Origin: Macrostomum lignano
Lineage: Eukaryota
Assembly (NCBI GenBank): GCA_002269645.1
Contig: NIVC01000012.1
Coordinates: 1,240,001-1,304,000, forward strand
Length of the DNA: 64,000 bases
Direction of reading: 5' to 3'
Shown here: positions 23,947 through 35,726 of the stretch, piece by piece
Numbering within the stretch: the stretch's first letter is position 1
Layout of the letters: every line of letters starts with the position of its first letter
Program-made: the position numbers and the translations under genes
Notes under the pieces: generated by a model
Told to the model about the DNA's origin: nothing
Seen by the model: the letters and a program-made list of their open reading frames with translations, nothing else
The model's database searches: none

Positions 23947-26085
23947 CCCGGGGCATCATTCTAACTGCATTGTCTCGTCTCTATTGTGCCCGAACCAACC
24001 CAACCAAACTGCTTTGATTAAAAAAAAATTCTGCACCAAGCTGACACACTGAAGGCACTGTTGGAAGCTGCTGTGCCCGGGGAGTGGGGGCAGGGCGTGC
24101 GCGGTCTTCACGTGCTGGCTACCGAATCAAGCAGCACGTGCGTCGTCACTTGTTGCTGCGCCCTCTCGGCCTCACCCTCCCTCCCTCCTCAGCTTAGATT
24201 CGTTCGCCATCAGAGTCAGTAAACACGCAGACTGCGCATTATGCCTTCCAGCGGCACGTGCCACCCCATGTTAATGCATTAGCTATAATAGTTGCATTAT
24301 TATGAGTAAACAACTTGGTTGCTGCGTTAACTGGGTGCCTGGAATACTTGGCGCGCAATGGAGCTCAAAAACTTTGCTTCACAGATTTTACTCAGCAACA
24401 GTTGAAACTTTCAGCTCAAAGTCACTCTGTCGCACAGAACAGAAGTTAAGCAATATCATTGGTGAATCTGTTTTGAAAAGGGTATTTTAACCAGCAGAGG
24501 TACTATCGGTGATGTAATCCGGCATGTCAGGGACCACAAGCATGTATAAGCGTCGTAGCATCAGGGGCGCATCTGTAGCGAGGAATGCCCTCTCCGGTGT
24601 TGAGAATGCGGAGCACTTTATCCGTGAATGCTCCGCCTTTACTCGGGACAGGCGCACCTACATCGGCCATTTTCAGGCCTGAGAATCTCTGCCACCTCGT
24701 CCACTACCTAAAGGCTACCGGGTGAGCGACAATCCACCTCCTGGACTCTCCGTAGGGGGGGGGGGTGCGCTGTGGAAACCGGCACCACTGGAGCACCGGC
24801 TGCCCGTGGTCGCCAGGGGTTAGCGGAATGGGCGGCAACGCCTCCCCGCTGCATCCGGGTGCCCAGAGCCCCCTGCAGCTGAGTCAAGTAAGTAAGTCAA
24901 TCATCAGGGGCGCAGCCGGGATCTTTTGTTAGTGATCCCATTTTTGGGTGGGCCTCTAATTGAGGGGTCCAATTTTCAGTAGGCGCCAGCACCATGGTTA
25001 CCGAAGCTGATTTTCCAACACTGGCAACGCTTCCGCGTGACATCCTGATCACCAATCGGTTGAAGAACTCCCGGGCCCACTGTTTCTGCTCATACTAATT
25101 GCAGCTTCCATGCAAGGCACACATGTTAACTATTTACACGTAATTATCTATATCCATAGTTATTAAGCTCTGACAAATTGAGTGAAAGGTGCCAAAAAAT
25201 AATTTGAAACTCACCGTGCCTCGAGATGGCTTTGGCAGCCAGATCGTCCACGCCCTCGTCCTCGGCCTCGATCTCGTTGATTGAATCGCCCGGATTTCCG
25301 TCCAACTCGATGGAATCCGGCACCTCGATAGCGTCGTTCATGTTCTCCAGCATTTGCTGCGCAATTCACGGGGATGGGGAGTGTGGTGAAAAATAGCCAT
25401 GGAACTGTCTAACTGTACACCTAGTTTAGCGCCAGTTTGTATCTCAAAAAGTTGAAGCAGGTCTTCTTTAATCGAAGAATATATCTACGACTATTTAAGA
25501 TTAGATCCAACACTTGATCATGACTAGATCTAAGATTAGATATAAGACTAGATCTAAGACCATATCTAAGACCATATCTAAGAGTAGATCAAGACTAGAT
25601 CTCAGAATAGTCTCTAGTAGACCATTTGATTACAAATGCATAGACATAATTTAACACAGTCTTAAAATAGCATATGTAAAGAACGCTTCTATGAATGTAA
25701 CACGGATAATTCTTAGTTAAGACGATGGTTAATTTATTTGATTTTCGAAAAATCATCACCTATAACTAGCAATAATGGAACGATTTCGAAAAGCTGTGTT
25801 ATATCCCTACAAACTAATTTGAGCAGTTGCTCATTTAAACTGCATAAAAGCACATGGCCTATCGCAGAAAATATAAAATTTATAATCTATGGATTAGAAC
25901 ATTCGTCATCTCAGCAAAGCATAAAGATAGTTTCTGGTCCGACAAGTACAGTAAAACAAAGCTTCACAGCAGTCAATTACCTCTGGCGTCTGCTCCGTTG
26001 CGTCGTCAGTTGCGGCGACCGCTACGGCGATGCAGAGCGCAAGCAGGAGGACCGCACGGCTGCATTTAGTAGCCGTTGACGGCAT
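1..26085 (-). CDS. Giant secreted Lys/Arg/Cys-rich modular protein with 5 vWA domains (multi-exon, 3' end beyond window start; adhesive/secretory-matrix-like)
   Basis: Phase-consistent GT-AG exon chain read by eye: 26085-25981 (signal peptide MPSTATKCSRAVLLLALCIAVAVAA), 25356-25215 (acidic), 23300-22808 + 22666-22557 (vWA1), 20854-19961 (vWA2), 19848-19678, 19588-18983, 18878-18146 + 18043-17940 (vWA3), 17867-17634, 17464-16826, 16720-16121, 16021-15356, 15253-14615, 12356-11757, 11656-11438, 11272-10634, 10528-9930, 9830-9165, 9062-8424, 7535-6453 + 6350-6247 (vWA4), 6174-5941, 5771-5133, 5027-4428, 4328-3663, 3560-2922, 2033-951 + 848-745 (vWA5), 672-439, 269-<1. About 15.1 kb coding. Three 1-bp deletions break the frame as assembled (10322, 6568/9, 1066/7). 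Confidence 0.85.
745..1413 (-). other. vWA domain 5 (copy of vWA3) with the same 1-bp deletion
   Basis: Same missing G at 1066/1067; shifted frame stops at 1024-1026. Confidence 0.85.
6247..6915 (-). other. vWA domain 4 (copy of vWA3) with 1-bp deletion after ITDG
   Basis: Near-identical to 17940-18610 but plus strand reads gctcttccgtc instead of gctcttgccgtc; shifted frame stops at 6526-6528. Confidence 0.85.
13483..13705. repeat. 16-bp minisatellite (catcattcccgctcac)n, intronic
   Basis: About 14 direct copies visible in the 2.25-kb intron. Confidence 0.9.
14612..18705. repeat. Further ~4.1-kb copy of the same exon cassette (matches ~2919-7011, offset 11,693-11,694)
   Basis: ORFs 15345/16818/17626 equal 3652/5125/5933 + 11693; a few substitutions (e.g. 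15415, 15168, 15224, 14623). Confidence 0.95.
17940..18610 (-). other. vWA domain 3, intact MIDAS, uninterrupted frame
   Basis: ADLVFVLDSSTSI (DxSxS), GITMTYAAI (T), VVITDG (D); helix 7 in the next exon (AELKGISSKGRFWRAGNFNKLDSIVSSVVREVC). Confidence 0.9.
20110..20680 (-). other. vWA domain 2, degenerate MIDAS
   Basis: MELILVMQASQDLGELHF...KIGAKSVRVSVVLFSS...MLIVITSGDS: vWA beta/alpha pattern, but DxSxS is replaced by QASQD and TDG by TSG. Confidence 0.85.
22557..23230 (-). other. vWA domain 1, degenerate MIDAS
   Basis: IDFTFLVDGKHFQRWRKF...RVRVNMIVAG...GNVALGEAL...KLIVVLASVDSNSG...VTFLPVMVG. Confidence 0.7.
23797..23943. repeat. (CT)n microsatellite
   Basis: Direct reading. Confidence 0.98.
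24490..24730 (+). mobile_element. Degenerate 3' fragment of a non-LTR retrotransposon ORF2
   Basis: Short frame GVENAEHFIRECSAFTRDRRTYIG resembles the E..EH....C....R C-terminal zinc-knuckle of LINE RTs; stops and frameshifts nearby. Confidence 0.4.
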
Positions 26086-28959
26086 GACCTCTGCTGCTAG
26101 GTTCACTAGCGTTCACTCGACTATAAATATTAGGTTTGCAGTTTAACGTTGTCCCACTTGTGCGATCTAGTAATCTCCGTTGCCAGGACTTGTCGAGTAT
26201 AAGATTCTAAACACTTTTGCTGTTTTTAACAAAACTTGGGAAGACGTTGTCGCGCGAGCCGACCACGTTCGAGCTGAGCTGCTGCCGCCACTCAGCGTCC
26301 AGTTTTATACGCACTTGATGCAGCGCTCGGGCGATCGAAGAATCGAACAATAGCCCTGCCGACAACCCCCTCCCCCAGTTCAGCCTCTCCCTCATCTTTA
26401 GCGGCTGCTGCTGAACTGATTCTCTTCTCAACTAGCGACACGAGACTGCATGGCGTGCGCAGAGACCCCTAACCCGAGCCAGCCTCCATTGTTCATTGCG
26501 GTGCAACACAGATACCAAACAGCCTCGTGTTGTTTGCCCCCGCACCTGCGACAGTTTTTCAACTAATAAAACTCGAATGCATTATTGTGCAGCCTCGGAG
26601 GTCGCGTGTTGAGCACACGATCCAAAGAGTAGCTTAAGAAATTTCTAGATGCTTTTCAAACTTGTGCCGCAGGGTCCGAAGGAGAGAGATAATAAGAGAG
26701 CTAGGAAAGCTAGTTTCTGTGCCTCAATCTCAACCGCACGTGTCATCAGCAACGCTTGAAAAAACGTGCGTTGAAATTTTCTGCTACAGAGGCTGAGAGT
26801 TTATTGTGTTTATGCTGTTTCGGTATTGCTGCGTTTTGTGACACTGCTCAGTAGAACACGTTTTGAATCAGTTTGACCGAATTATTTTTCACATTTCTAT
26901 TCCATCTCTGATTGCTCACACAAAGTGACTTCGTTCTTCTAATTCCTCTCCTGAAAAGGGGACCTGAGTAGTTTACGACGTATCATCGGTGCCACGTGAA
27001 AGTAGCCCCCGGGTTCGATTCTGTGTACTGTCGCATTATAGTTTCATGGCCTTTCTGCACGATTCGGGGCCATGAGGGCAAATCCCTAAATCACAGAGTG
27101 TGTATATGCTCGATTCGTTCTTCAAAGAGAGTCAGGGCCACTGTAGTATCCGTGTAGATGTGCATGCTCAAAATGGGCATCGTTTACTCATTTTCATCGC
27201 CGATGAGCTTCCCAACTAACTGAAGTGCGAGACAATTATTTCTCAAAGCAGAATGATTTTTAGTTGTGTACACGAGTATACGAGCTATGGTTTTGGAGGT
27301 AGACAATGATTAATTTTTTCATTAATTATTAACTAAAACGTTTTATTCCTAGAAAAAATTGGTGTTTGCTTGGAGTTCACTCGCTAGCTATAGGCAAAGA
27401 ACTAGAACCATTAAACTCGAGTTCAGTCTCAGTCTCAGCATCTCTGCAGCTTGTCAAGGCACAAATACGCAATGGCCCCATACCGCTGACAATTAGCGTC
27501 TTTTTGACAGTCTGTCTGGCTTTCTTTGCGCCTGAGCTGCATTCTCTGGAATCATTCATGCGTCTGTTCTGCTCGTGTTTGAGTTTGTAGCAGCACATTT
27601 ATCACTTGATGTCACTTCTATAACCATTTTTCGAGACCAAACCCAAGGGTGGCTAGTCAATTTGATATCTGGACTGGTAAATCTTTGGGATTTGTGCATG
27701 ACTGCGTGTCTGCGTACAGTATTGGAGTACTCAGGAGTCAGCAGAATGAGCAGAATTGCCTCTGCACTTGGTGTGAGATAATGTCTGCTCAGAGATAAAC
27801 TCAGCTCATTAACCTGATGCTTCCGATCTTCAGTCTTCAACAATTGCACTGTCTGCAAGTTCAACAAGTTCAACAAGACTTTTTTAACCAGTCTGGACCG
27901 CAGCAATTAGCTGCGTATCTAGTCCAACCGTTTATGCACGAGCTACAAGTATTAACAGAACCTTTTATGCAATCTTACGAGTACGAGTAGTATGTGAAAT
28001 AGGTCAAAGCAGAACTTGACAACAAAAACACAGTTTGAGTGGAGTGCGGCCTGTCTGGCCAGCCCAGGCGTCCAAAACACCACCGGTTCTGCACCCAACA
28101 CGTGCTGCAGCGGCTCGGCCGAAAAGCGTGTTGCTCGGGCGGGAGGCTGGGGGTGGCGAGGTGGTACCCTCGAGCGCTATGCAACGTGACAATTACAATT
28201 GAAGGCTCCGCTGCATAATAAGATTGCAGGTTTTTGCTAAATGAAATTCTCTATGAATAGGTACGCTCTGCTATGGCAAAATTGAGCTAGAAAATGAAGA
28301 GATTTATAGTTTTTAGGGGTCCCATATGGATGCATTTAGTTAAATACCTGGACACAAAACTGAGACGCACACCATCGTTCGTCTAAAATAGCGTTGAAGT
28401 TTGTAATAATATCCGCAGTAGGTTAAGCCTGAGTCGTGGTTTGAAAGTCATTACCGGTCTGAGTCGATCTATTTAATCATAACTCGCTCCAGCTATGTAC
28501 AAGGTGACAAGAAATCACAATAATTGACCTCATTTGATTGCAGTACGCTCGTATGAGTGAGCCTTTTAGCTAGGTCATTTAGCTAGGTCGGAAACCTTTT
28601 ACCTGACGAGCCAGATAAAGCATCCAGCTTATGACTGCGGGCCAGATGAGATAGGAAAGAAGTGGGAAAACGATCGCTAGAGGATAGATAAGAGGAATGA
28701 AAAGATGAGAAGTATGAAAAGAGAATAGAGGTGAGAGAGGACATAAGAGTATGAACGAGTTGAGAGACAAAAAAGGACAGAAGAGATGAGAACTGAGATG
28801 AGAGAAGAGATATAAACCTATAGGCCGGACTGCTATATTTTTAAGTTCCAAACGACAGAGAAACAGCGCAAGGACATCTACTGACCGTGCTCTAAAATAC
28901 TACTAAAATACTCAGTAGTTTAGTAGCTTAATGACCTAAAACTCGAAATATCGCGATCA

Positions 28960-29790
28960 ATTTGTAAATCGCACTCTCCTCGGCTGACGACGGCTTCCTG
29001 CTGCGCAGACGCATCGGTCGCCGCCACAGCGAAAAGCGCCTGAGCGTGCTTGGCTATGCAGACGAACTCGCCTCCTGTCCTCGTCCGTTGAAGGCGCCCA
29101 GCGCCAGATCGACAGACTGGTCGAAGGTGGCATCGAGCGTCGGTCTGGTTGTCAACACGCTGAAGACCGAATTGCTGACTGTGTCGGCCGACATTCCAGT
29201 AGACCTGACGTGCAGCGGCAGACGACGGGCAGACGACCAAGCTCGCACGCTGCCAGCGGTTCCCCTACCTCGGCGGTCTGGTGCCATACGTGGAGGAAAA
29301 CCTCCGGCGGCGCAATGGACTTGCCTGAGCGGCCTTCCGTTCGACCCCGGGCCGTCCTCCAGTCCGAAGCGCTGCCCGACCACCAGAGCGGTGGTCGAAA
29401 CCGTCCTGCTCTACAACGCCGAGATGTGGACGCTGACGGCTACGCTAGAGCGGCAGTTGGATTCGGCGCACTCAGGCTGCAATGTGTGGCCTTTCGAGCT
29501 GACGAGAGCGTCGGGACCGAGGCCCTGTACGATCGGGCCAAGCTGCAGCGCCCGTCCATCATCCTGCGCCGGCGGCGACTTCAACTGGCAGGCCACGGGA
29601 TCCGGGCCGAGGGCTACTGCCCCCAACCTGTTCAGGACGTTCTGCTGCTCACCTTGCAGGGCCCATTTAGGTGGGGTCAGGCTCAAACCCTTCGATACGT
29701 GAACTGCCTTCTATTCAACGCCGGGGCGCCTGACACTGCCAACGGTGTGACACTGCTTCGTCCGCTCTCAGGCTTGAATTGAAGGCAGTC
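28960..29790 (+). mobile_element. 5'-truncated, frameshifted RTE-like LINE reverse transcriptase fragment
   Basis: LGYADE (YADD-like), GLVVNTLKTELL, VVETVLLYNAEMWTLT, LRRRRLQLAGHGIR, spread over different frames. Confidence 0.8.
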
Positions 29791-30033
29791 CATGTATCGA
29801 CGAAGCCTTTCACTGGCTTTCAGTCATAAACAGCCCATTTGCTGTGCGAAATTATAGTTTTTTTTAAAAGCTTTCAAAAAATTTAGAAAGATTTTATTTC
29901 TTCTTTGCATTAGTGACCTATTTTACGAGTAGAAGGGAAACCTTTGAATATTTTCCGTGCACCTCTGCTTACAGCACGTAAGGAGATTCAATCATGACAA
30001 GACGCTGAGTTTTCGTACGAATCTGAGTAATAA

Positions 30034-31673
30034 GTGTTGGATAATCAGTGATGGGTGTTGGATAATCAGTGATGGGTGTTGGATAATCAGTGATGGGTGT
30101 TGGATAATCATTGATGGGTGTTGGATAATCAGTGATGTGTGTTGGATAATCAGTGATGTGTGTTCGATAATCAGTGATGTGTGTTGGATAATCAGTGATG
30201 TGTGTTGGATAATCAGTGACGTGTGTTTGATTATCAGTGATGAGTGTTGGATAATCAGTGATGTGTGTTGGATAATCAGTGATGGGTGCTGGATAATCAG
30301 TGATGGGGGCTGGATAATCATTGATGGGTGTTGGATAATCAGTGATGGGTGTTGGATAATCATTGATGGGTGTTGGATAATCAGTGATGTGTGTTGGATA
30401 ATCAGTGATGAGTGTTGGATAATCAGTGATGGGTGTTGGATAATCAGTGATGTGTGTTAGATAATCAGTGATGTGTTGGATAATCAGTGATGAGTGTTGG
30501 ATAATCAGTGATGGGTGTTGGATAATCAGTGATGGGTGTTGGATAATCAGTGATGTGTGTTGGATAATCAGTGACGTGTGTTTGATTATCAGTGATGAGT
30601 GTTGGATAATCAGTGATGGGTGTTGGATAATCAGTGATGTGTGTTGGATAATCAGTGATGGGTGTTGGATAATTAGTGATGAGTGTTGGATAATCAATGA
30701 TGAGTGTTGGTTATGAATGATGAGTGTTAGATAATCAATGATGAGTGTTCGATAATCAGTGATGAGTGTTGGATAATCAATGATGGGTGTTGGATAATTA
30801 GTGATGAGTGTTAGATAATCAATGATGAGTGTTGGATAATCAGCGATGAGTGTTGGATAATCAGTGATGATTGTTGGATAATCAGTGATGAGTGTTGGAT
30901 AATCAATGATAAGTTTTTGGATAATCATTGATGAGTGTTAGATAATCAGTGATGAGTTTTGGATAATCAGTGATGTGTGTTGGATAATTAGTGATGAATG
31001 TTGGATAATCAGTGATGAGTGTTGGATAATCAATGATGGGTGTTGGATAATTAGTGATGAATGTTGGATAATCAATGATGAGTGTTGGTTATGAATGATG
31101 AGTGTTAGATAATCAGTGATGAGTGTTGGATAATCAATGATGGGTGTTGGATAATTAGTGATGAGTGTTAGATAATCAATGATGAGTGTTGGATAATCAG
31201 CGATGAGTGTTGGATAATCAGTGATGATTGTTGGATAATCAGTGATGAGTGTTGGATAATCAATGATAAGTTTTTGGATAATCATTGATGAGTGTTAGAT
31301 AATCAGTGATGAGTTTTGGATAATCAGTGATGTGTGTTGGATAATTAGTGATGAATGTTGGATAATCAGTGATGAGTGTTGGATAATCAATGATGGGTGT
31401 TGGATAATTAGTGATGAATGTTGGATAATCAATGATGAGTGTTGGTTATGAATGATGAGTGTTGGTTATGAATGATGAGTGTTAGATAATCAATGATGAG
31501 TGTTGGATAATCAGTGATGAGTGTTGGATAATAAATGATGAATGTTGGATAATCAGTGATGAGTGTTGGATAATCAGTGATGAGTGTTGGATAATCAGTG
31601 ATGAGTGATTGATAATCAATGATGGGTGTTGGATAATCATTGATGAGTATTGGATAGTCAATGACGAGTGTTG
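30034..31673. repeat. 21-bp minisatellite (tgttggataatcagtgatgrg)n with a 357-bp higher-order unit
   Basis: About 78 units; variant blocks recur at +357 (30904 vs 31261). Confidence 0.95.
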
Positions 31674-32616
31674 CAAAGGACATTTAGAGTTATTAATTCT
31701 TAGCTGTAGAATCAAAAATGAGTTCTACACTTCTTCCACTTCGTGCTCATTTTTAGCACTGGACATACAGAAAGTCCTTATGGCAGTTGATCGTAGTGCA
31801 GTAAGTAGGCAGCTGTCTCAATGACTGTAACAAACTATATATTCATTTCACCAGCCAACAACAAGATTTAATTATTCAAGGTGTAGAAACTGCTACTAAT
31901 CTCACTTTCCCCAAGATTGGGGGCCGAAGGAGTACATGCTCGATTTGCTGCGGCTATTTTAAGCCTTGGGAGAACACTTGAGCTCGCTCGGGGATTCGAC
32001 AGTATCAAATTATCTAGTCAGCAGAGCGCGACAAACCCGGACGCTGCTCCATGCTTCATCATTTTATTCTATTCCTGGCTTGGCTGAAGCCTGCCGCATT
32101 GATTGCATTTCGTTCCTCAGCCGAGCCTCCTACCGAGATCTGTCTGTCTGTAGCTGCGGTAACTTTGAAACGAAAAAGTGGTCCTGTACAGCTGAGTGGA
32201 CAAGAATAAGGCGGGGTAGCCACCCAGTGGACCCTGTTAAGGATGCTGGTCATACAGCGGAGAAATCCTTTGGGAGGGGAGAAGAGAGGCGGAGCTGCGG
32301 AGCAAATAAAATTTGAGTATTTTTAGCTGCTCCACAGCCAACTAGGCTAGGTGATTTTGTTGTGAATTTCTGTCCTTACATCAGAAACGATTGGGATTGA
32401 TCCCACAATCGACTGCTAACCAGAAAGTTTTGACTAAATATTTAGATCGAATTAGACACCTGTTAAAGAACTTAGCTAATTAGACGCACTTTTTTCGTGG
32501 CGAGAAAATTCTTAAGACGAAAAATACAAGAATGTAAATTCCTGAAGTTCTCAACGTAACGTCGATCTCATCGGATGTGACTCTTAAAGGATGTGAATCT
32601 CGAAGTACGCTCGTAC

Positions 32617-33050
32617 GTGAGTGAATCTCAGAGATGACGTGAGTGAATCTCAGAGATGACGTGAGTGAATATCAGATGACTGTGAGTGAATCTCAGACGA
32701 CGTGAGTGAATCTCAGACGACCAGACGACATGAGTGAATCTCAGATGACTGTGAGTGAATCTCAGAGATGACGTGAGTGAATATCAGATGACTGTGAGTG
32801 AATCTCAGACGACGTGAGTGAATCTCAGACGACGTGAGTGAATCTCAGATGACTGTGAGTGAATCTCAGAGATGACGTGAGTGAATCTCAGAGATGACGT
32901 GAGTGAATATCAGACGACGTGAGTGAATCTCAGATGACCGTGAGTGAATCTCAGAGATGACGTGAGTGAATCTCAGACGACGTGAGTGAATCTCAGACGA
33001 CGTGAGTGAATTTCAGACGACGTGAGTTAATTTTCAGTGACGTTAGTGAA
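32617..33050. repeat. 20-22-bp minisatellite (gacgtgagtgaatctcaga[ga]t)n
   Basis: Direct reading, degenerating rightwards. Confidence 0.9.
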
Positions 33051-33470
33051 ACTCCAATGAAGTGAGCGGATCTTCAATCATCCTAAGTGAATATTTAAGT
33101 ATGTGTGTTAATCTTTGAAGATGTGAGTGAATTATCTCCAATCATCGTAAGTGAATCTTCAATGACATGAGCGAATCTTTAAGGGTGGGAGCGGATCTTC
33201 AAGGACGTTAGTGAACATCCAAGGACATGAATCTTAAAATAATGACGTGAATTTCAAAGGTCTTTTGACGTCATCATTCTTGACTTCATGAAACTAAATA
33301 AACCAAAGGTACTGTCTCGCAAACAATCGAGGGAATTCGGTCCCAAAGTCGCGGTCCCATCGTCTTTTATTTGTACGATTCATAAAGATCGCAAACTTTT
33401 TAAGTCCGATGGTGTGTGTGTGTTTTAAATTGCTGCTCAAGAATAACGGACTTGATCTGAGCCTCTGATG

Positions 33471-34722
33471 CTAGCGTCCGAACCGCCTGGGATAGTAGTT
33501 TTCGTATTGGTCGTCCGTCCGATCCGTTTCCGCGTCCTCGTCGTCTCCCGGACAGATTGTCCGACTACAGATTCGTCGACGAATTCCACGACCGCTGGCC
33601 AGGCTGGTGTGGCAGCACTGACCTCGAGGGCAGTCCCAGTCGGTGCGGCACTGGCTCCACGACCGAGCCGCATTGTAGCTTGAAACGCGGGCTGACCATT
33701 CCTCGCCGGGGATTTCGGCCGAGGGCGACTGGCAGACACCGCTGATTGAGCCTGAATGTGTGAGCGTGAGATTGTGAACTAACCTGCCACTCCTCCTGTC
33801 TGACATTGCAGTGTGTGGCAACCCATATAATAATAGTAATAATAACTATTGCATAAAGGTTGAGAGCATCCCGGCGCACCGCTTTCGGCGACATGGTCCC
33901 ACAGCCAGCTCTGAGGCAGCCCAGTCCGCTGACTCCTGAGCAATTGCAAGCGCTAATACTGTACACAGGAACGCACTCATACACACGCTCACGCAGGGTG
34001 TACAACCCTTACTGCCTGATATTCCAGTATCTGACAGTCCTGCGTCTTCACCGGAGTGTCAGACTAGCTCTCTTCCTGACTCTCCCCAATATCAAACTCC
34101 TCATTCTGAAACATCTCTCCGTGAGACTCAGATCTTAGACAGTCCACTCTCTGATTGCCATAGCCATTGATTGCTTTGACGACTCAATTTGAAAAATTGA
34201 CAACTTTCGAAGCCTCCCAAGTGAATTCCTCTCTTCTTCAGACTCCCAGAGCTGAGTACGCTACTCACGCTTGTACTGCCACCAATTTCGCTGGCACTTG
34301 AGTCCCTGGCAGCAGATGGCGTCGCTCCAACAATGAGCGCCTTGGCCCTGACACTAAAATGAAATGGTTTTGTGAGAATTTTCTATTCTCTTAAATTCTG
34401 TTGAAATAGTTTTCAGCAAATAGAGTATTGACAGACAGTAAGAGGGGCTGTGAGCGACCAAGAGAGTGGGAGGGGGAGTGGGAGGTAGAGTGAAGGATGA
34501 GGAGTGAGCAGCAAAGAAAGAGTGACAGTCTGAGTGAAAGACACAGTAAGAGTGACAGGCCGAGTGAACTACTACAAGCAGGCTCACCATGGACTCAAGG
34601 CCACCCATGAGCCTCAAGTAGGCTTCCGAACCGGGCGGCCCCTGGACCAGCAACACCGCCAGCAACAGGCCGACAGCTCCAGATGCAAGCAGAAGTCGAT
34701 TTGCTGCTACAAGAACAACCAT
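33471..34722 (-). CDS. Putative secreted cysteine-rich precursor (knottin/Dkk-prokineticin-like Cys spacing) ending ...YENYYPRRFGR*
   Basis: Exon 34722-34588 (hydrophobic leader LLLASGAVGLLLAVLLVQG), exon 34347-34269 (GQGAHCWSDAICCQGLKCQRNWWQYK), exon from 33935 (RVSGLGCLRAGC; donor uncertain), last exon from 33751 or 33728 to stop 33471 (QCRTDWDCPRGQCC...ICSRTIC, acidic spacer, RFGR). Could instead be two small genes, the second starting at ATG 33894. Confidence 0.5.
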
Positions 34723-35726
34723 CGCCTTTTCTGCCAGTCCCTTTGGAACAAGGAAAAGAAGCTTCTAAGCAAGAATTCGCCCACGGATCTTTCGATCTTT
34801 CGATTGGAAATTCAACTCCGCAGTATCAATTTTTCAGTTGATCCGAATCAGCACAGCAGTCAGACCGTCGGACAGGGGGTGGCCTTAAAAACCCTTGGGA
34901 TGGCTGGGAAGAGCTGGTGCAGTGAAGCTTTGGCCACGCCACTCAAAACTGGCCAATCAGATCGGAACGTGGATGAAAGAGTCTGTCTAAGCGTTCGTGA
35001 CTAATTTAAATATATTTTAATTTCCAGCGTCTCAGCTTGGAGTGTTGATATTTCACACACGGGACGCTATACATGTAGGTATATACTTGGAATAACAATA
35101 TTTAGCCACTCGGCACTCAAGGATCACGAAAGAAAGTGCATGTTTTTAAGCACTTGGTTGCCGACCACCATAACTTCTGGGACCAATTTATTTTAGACTT
35201 ATATAGTGTTATTTTAGTTCTTCTATATATAGTGATGCGAATTCCCATTTTACGATGCTCCTCTCAGTCTACCACTAGCTAGATATAAAGCAACTTTTAG
35301 CCCAGCCTAGGCTGGATAAAACCAAGCAAAATTTGTGGACCGTCTTCAATTATGGAACGTCTAGGAAGAACCTGCTTCGTCCAGAGTCGAGAGAGTCTCC
35401 AAGGACTGGAACGCCTGATCAGACCTATGCTCCAGCAATTTTATAAAGCATAAAAATTTTTATCTGTGGTTAGCCGAGTGAGAGTGAGAGTTTAGGTTAG
35501 GGTTCAGGTTAAAGTTAGGTTAAATTTTTGCTAAAATCGATCACACACATACCGACGGACCATTTTTAGTATATTGGATCTAGTTGTCATATGTTTCTAG
35601 GCTGTCATGCTAATTATTAATATCCATATACTAAAATAACTATCCATAGAGGCAGTTGACAAAACTTTTTTATTCATAATACTTTGTATCTTTGCTTCTC
35701 TCTACTTAAAGTAGATTAATAAGATA

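Noticed and set aside
1-26085. Naming the giant gene as a known flatworm adhesive protein (ap1/ap2)
   Set aside because: Composition is suggestive, but I see no C-type lectin, EGF, vWD or C8 domains in-window and cannot run the comparison.
27366-27906. Cluster of short ORFs on both strands
   Set aside because: No recognisable domain or consistent exon chain.
29957-31824. WIISDGC / IIQHPSL / ITDYPT repeat ORFs
   Set aside because: Translations of a stop-poor 21-bp minisatellite in several frames at once.
31966-32316. 116-aa ORF
   Set aside because: TTG start, no motif recognised.
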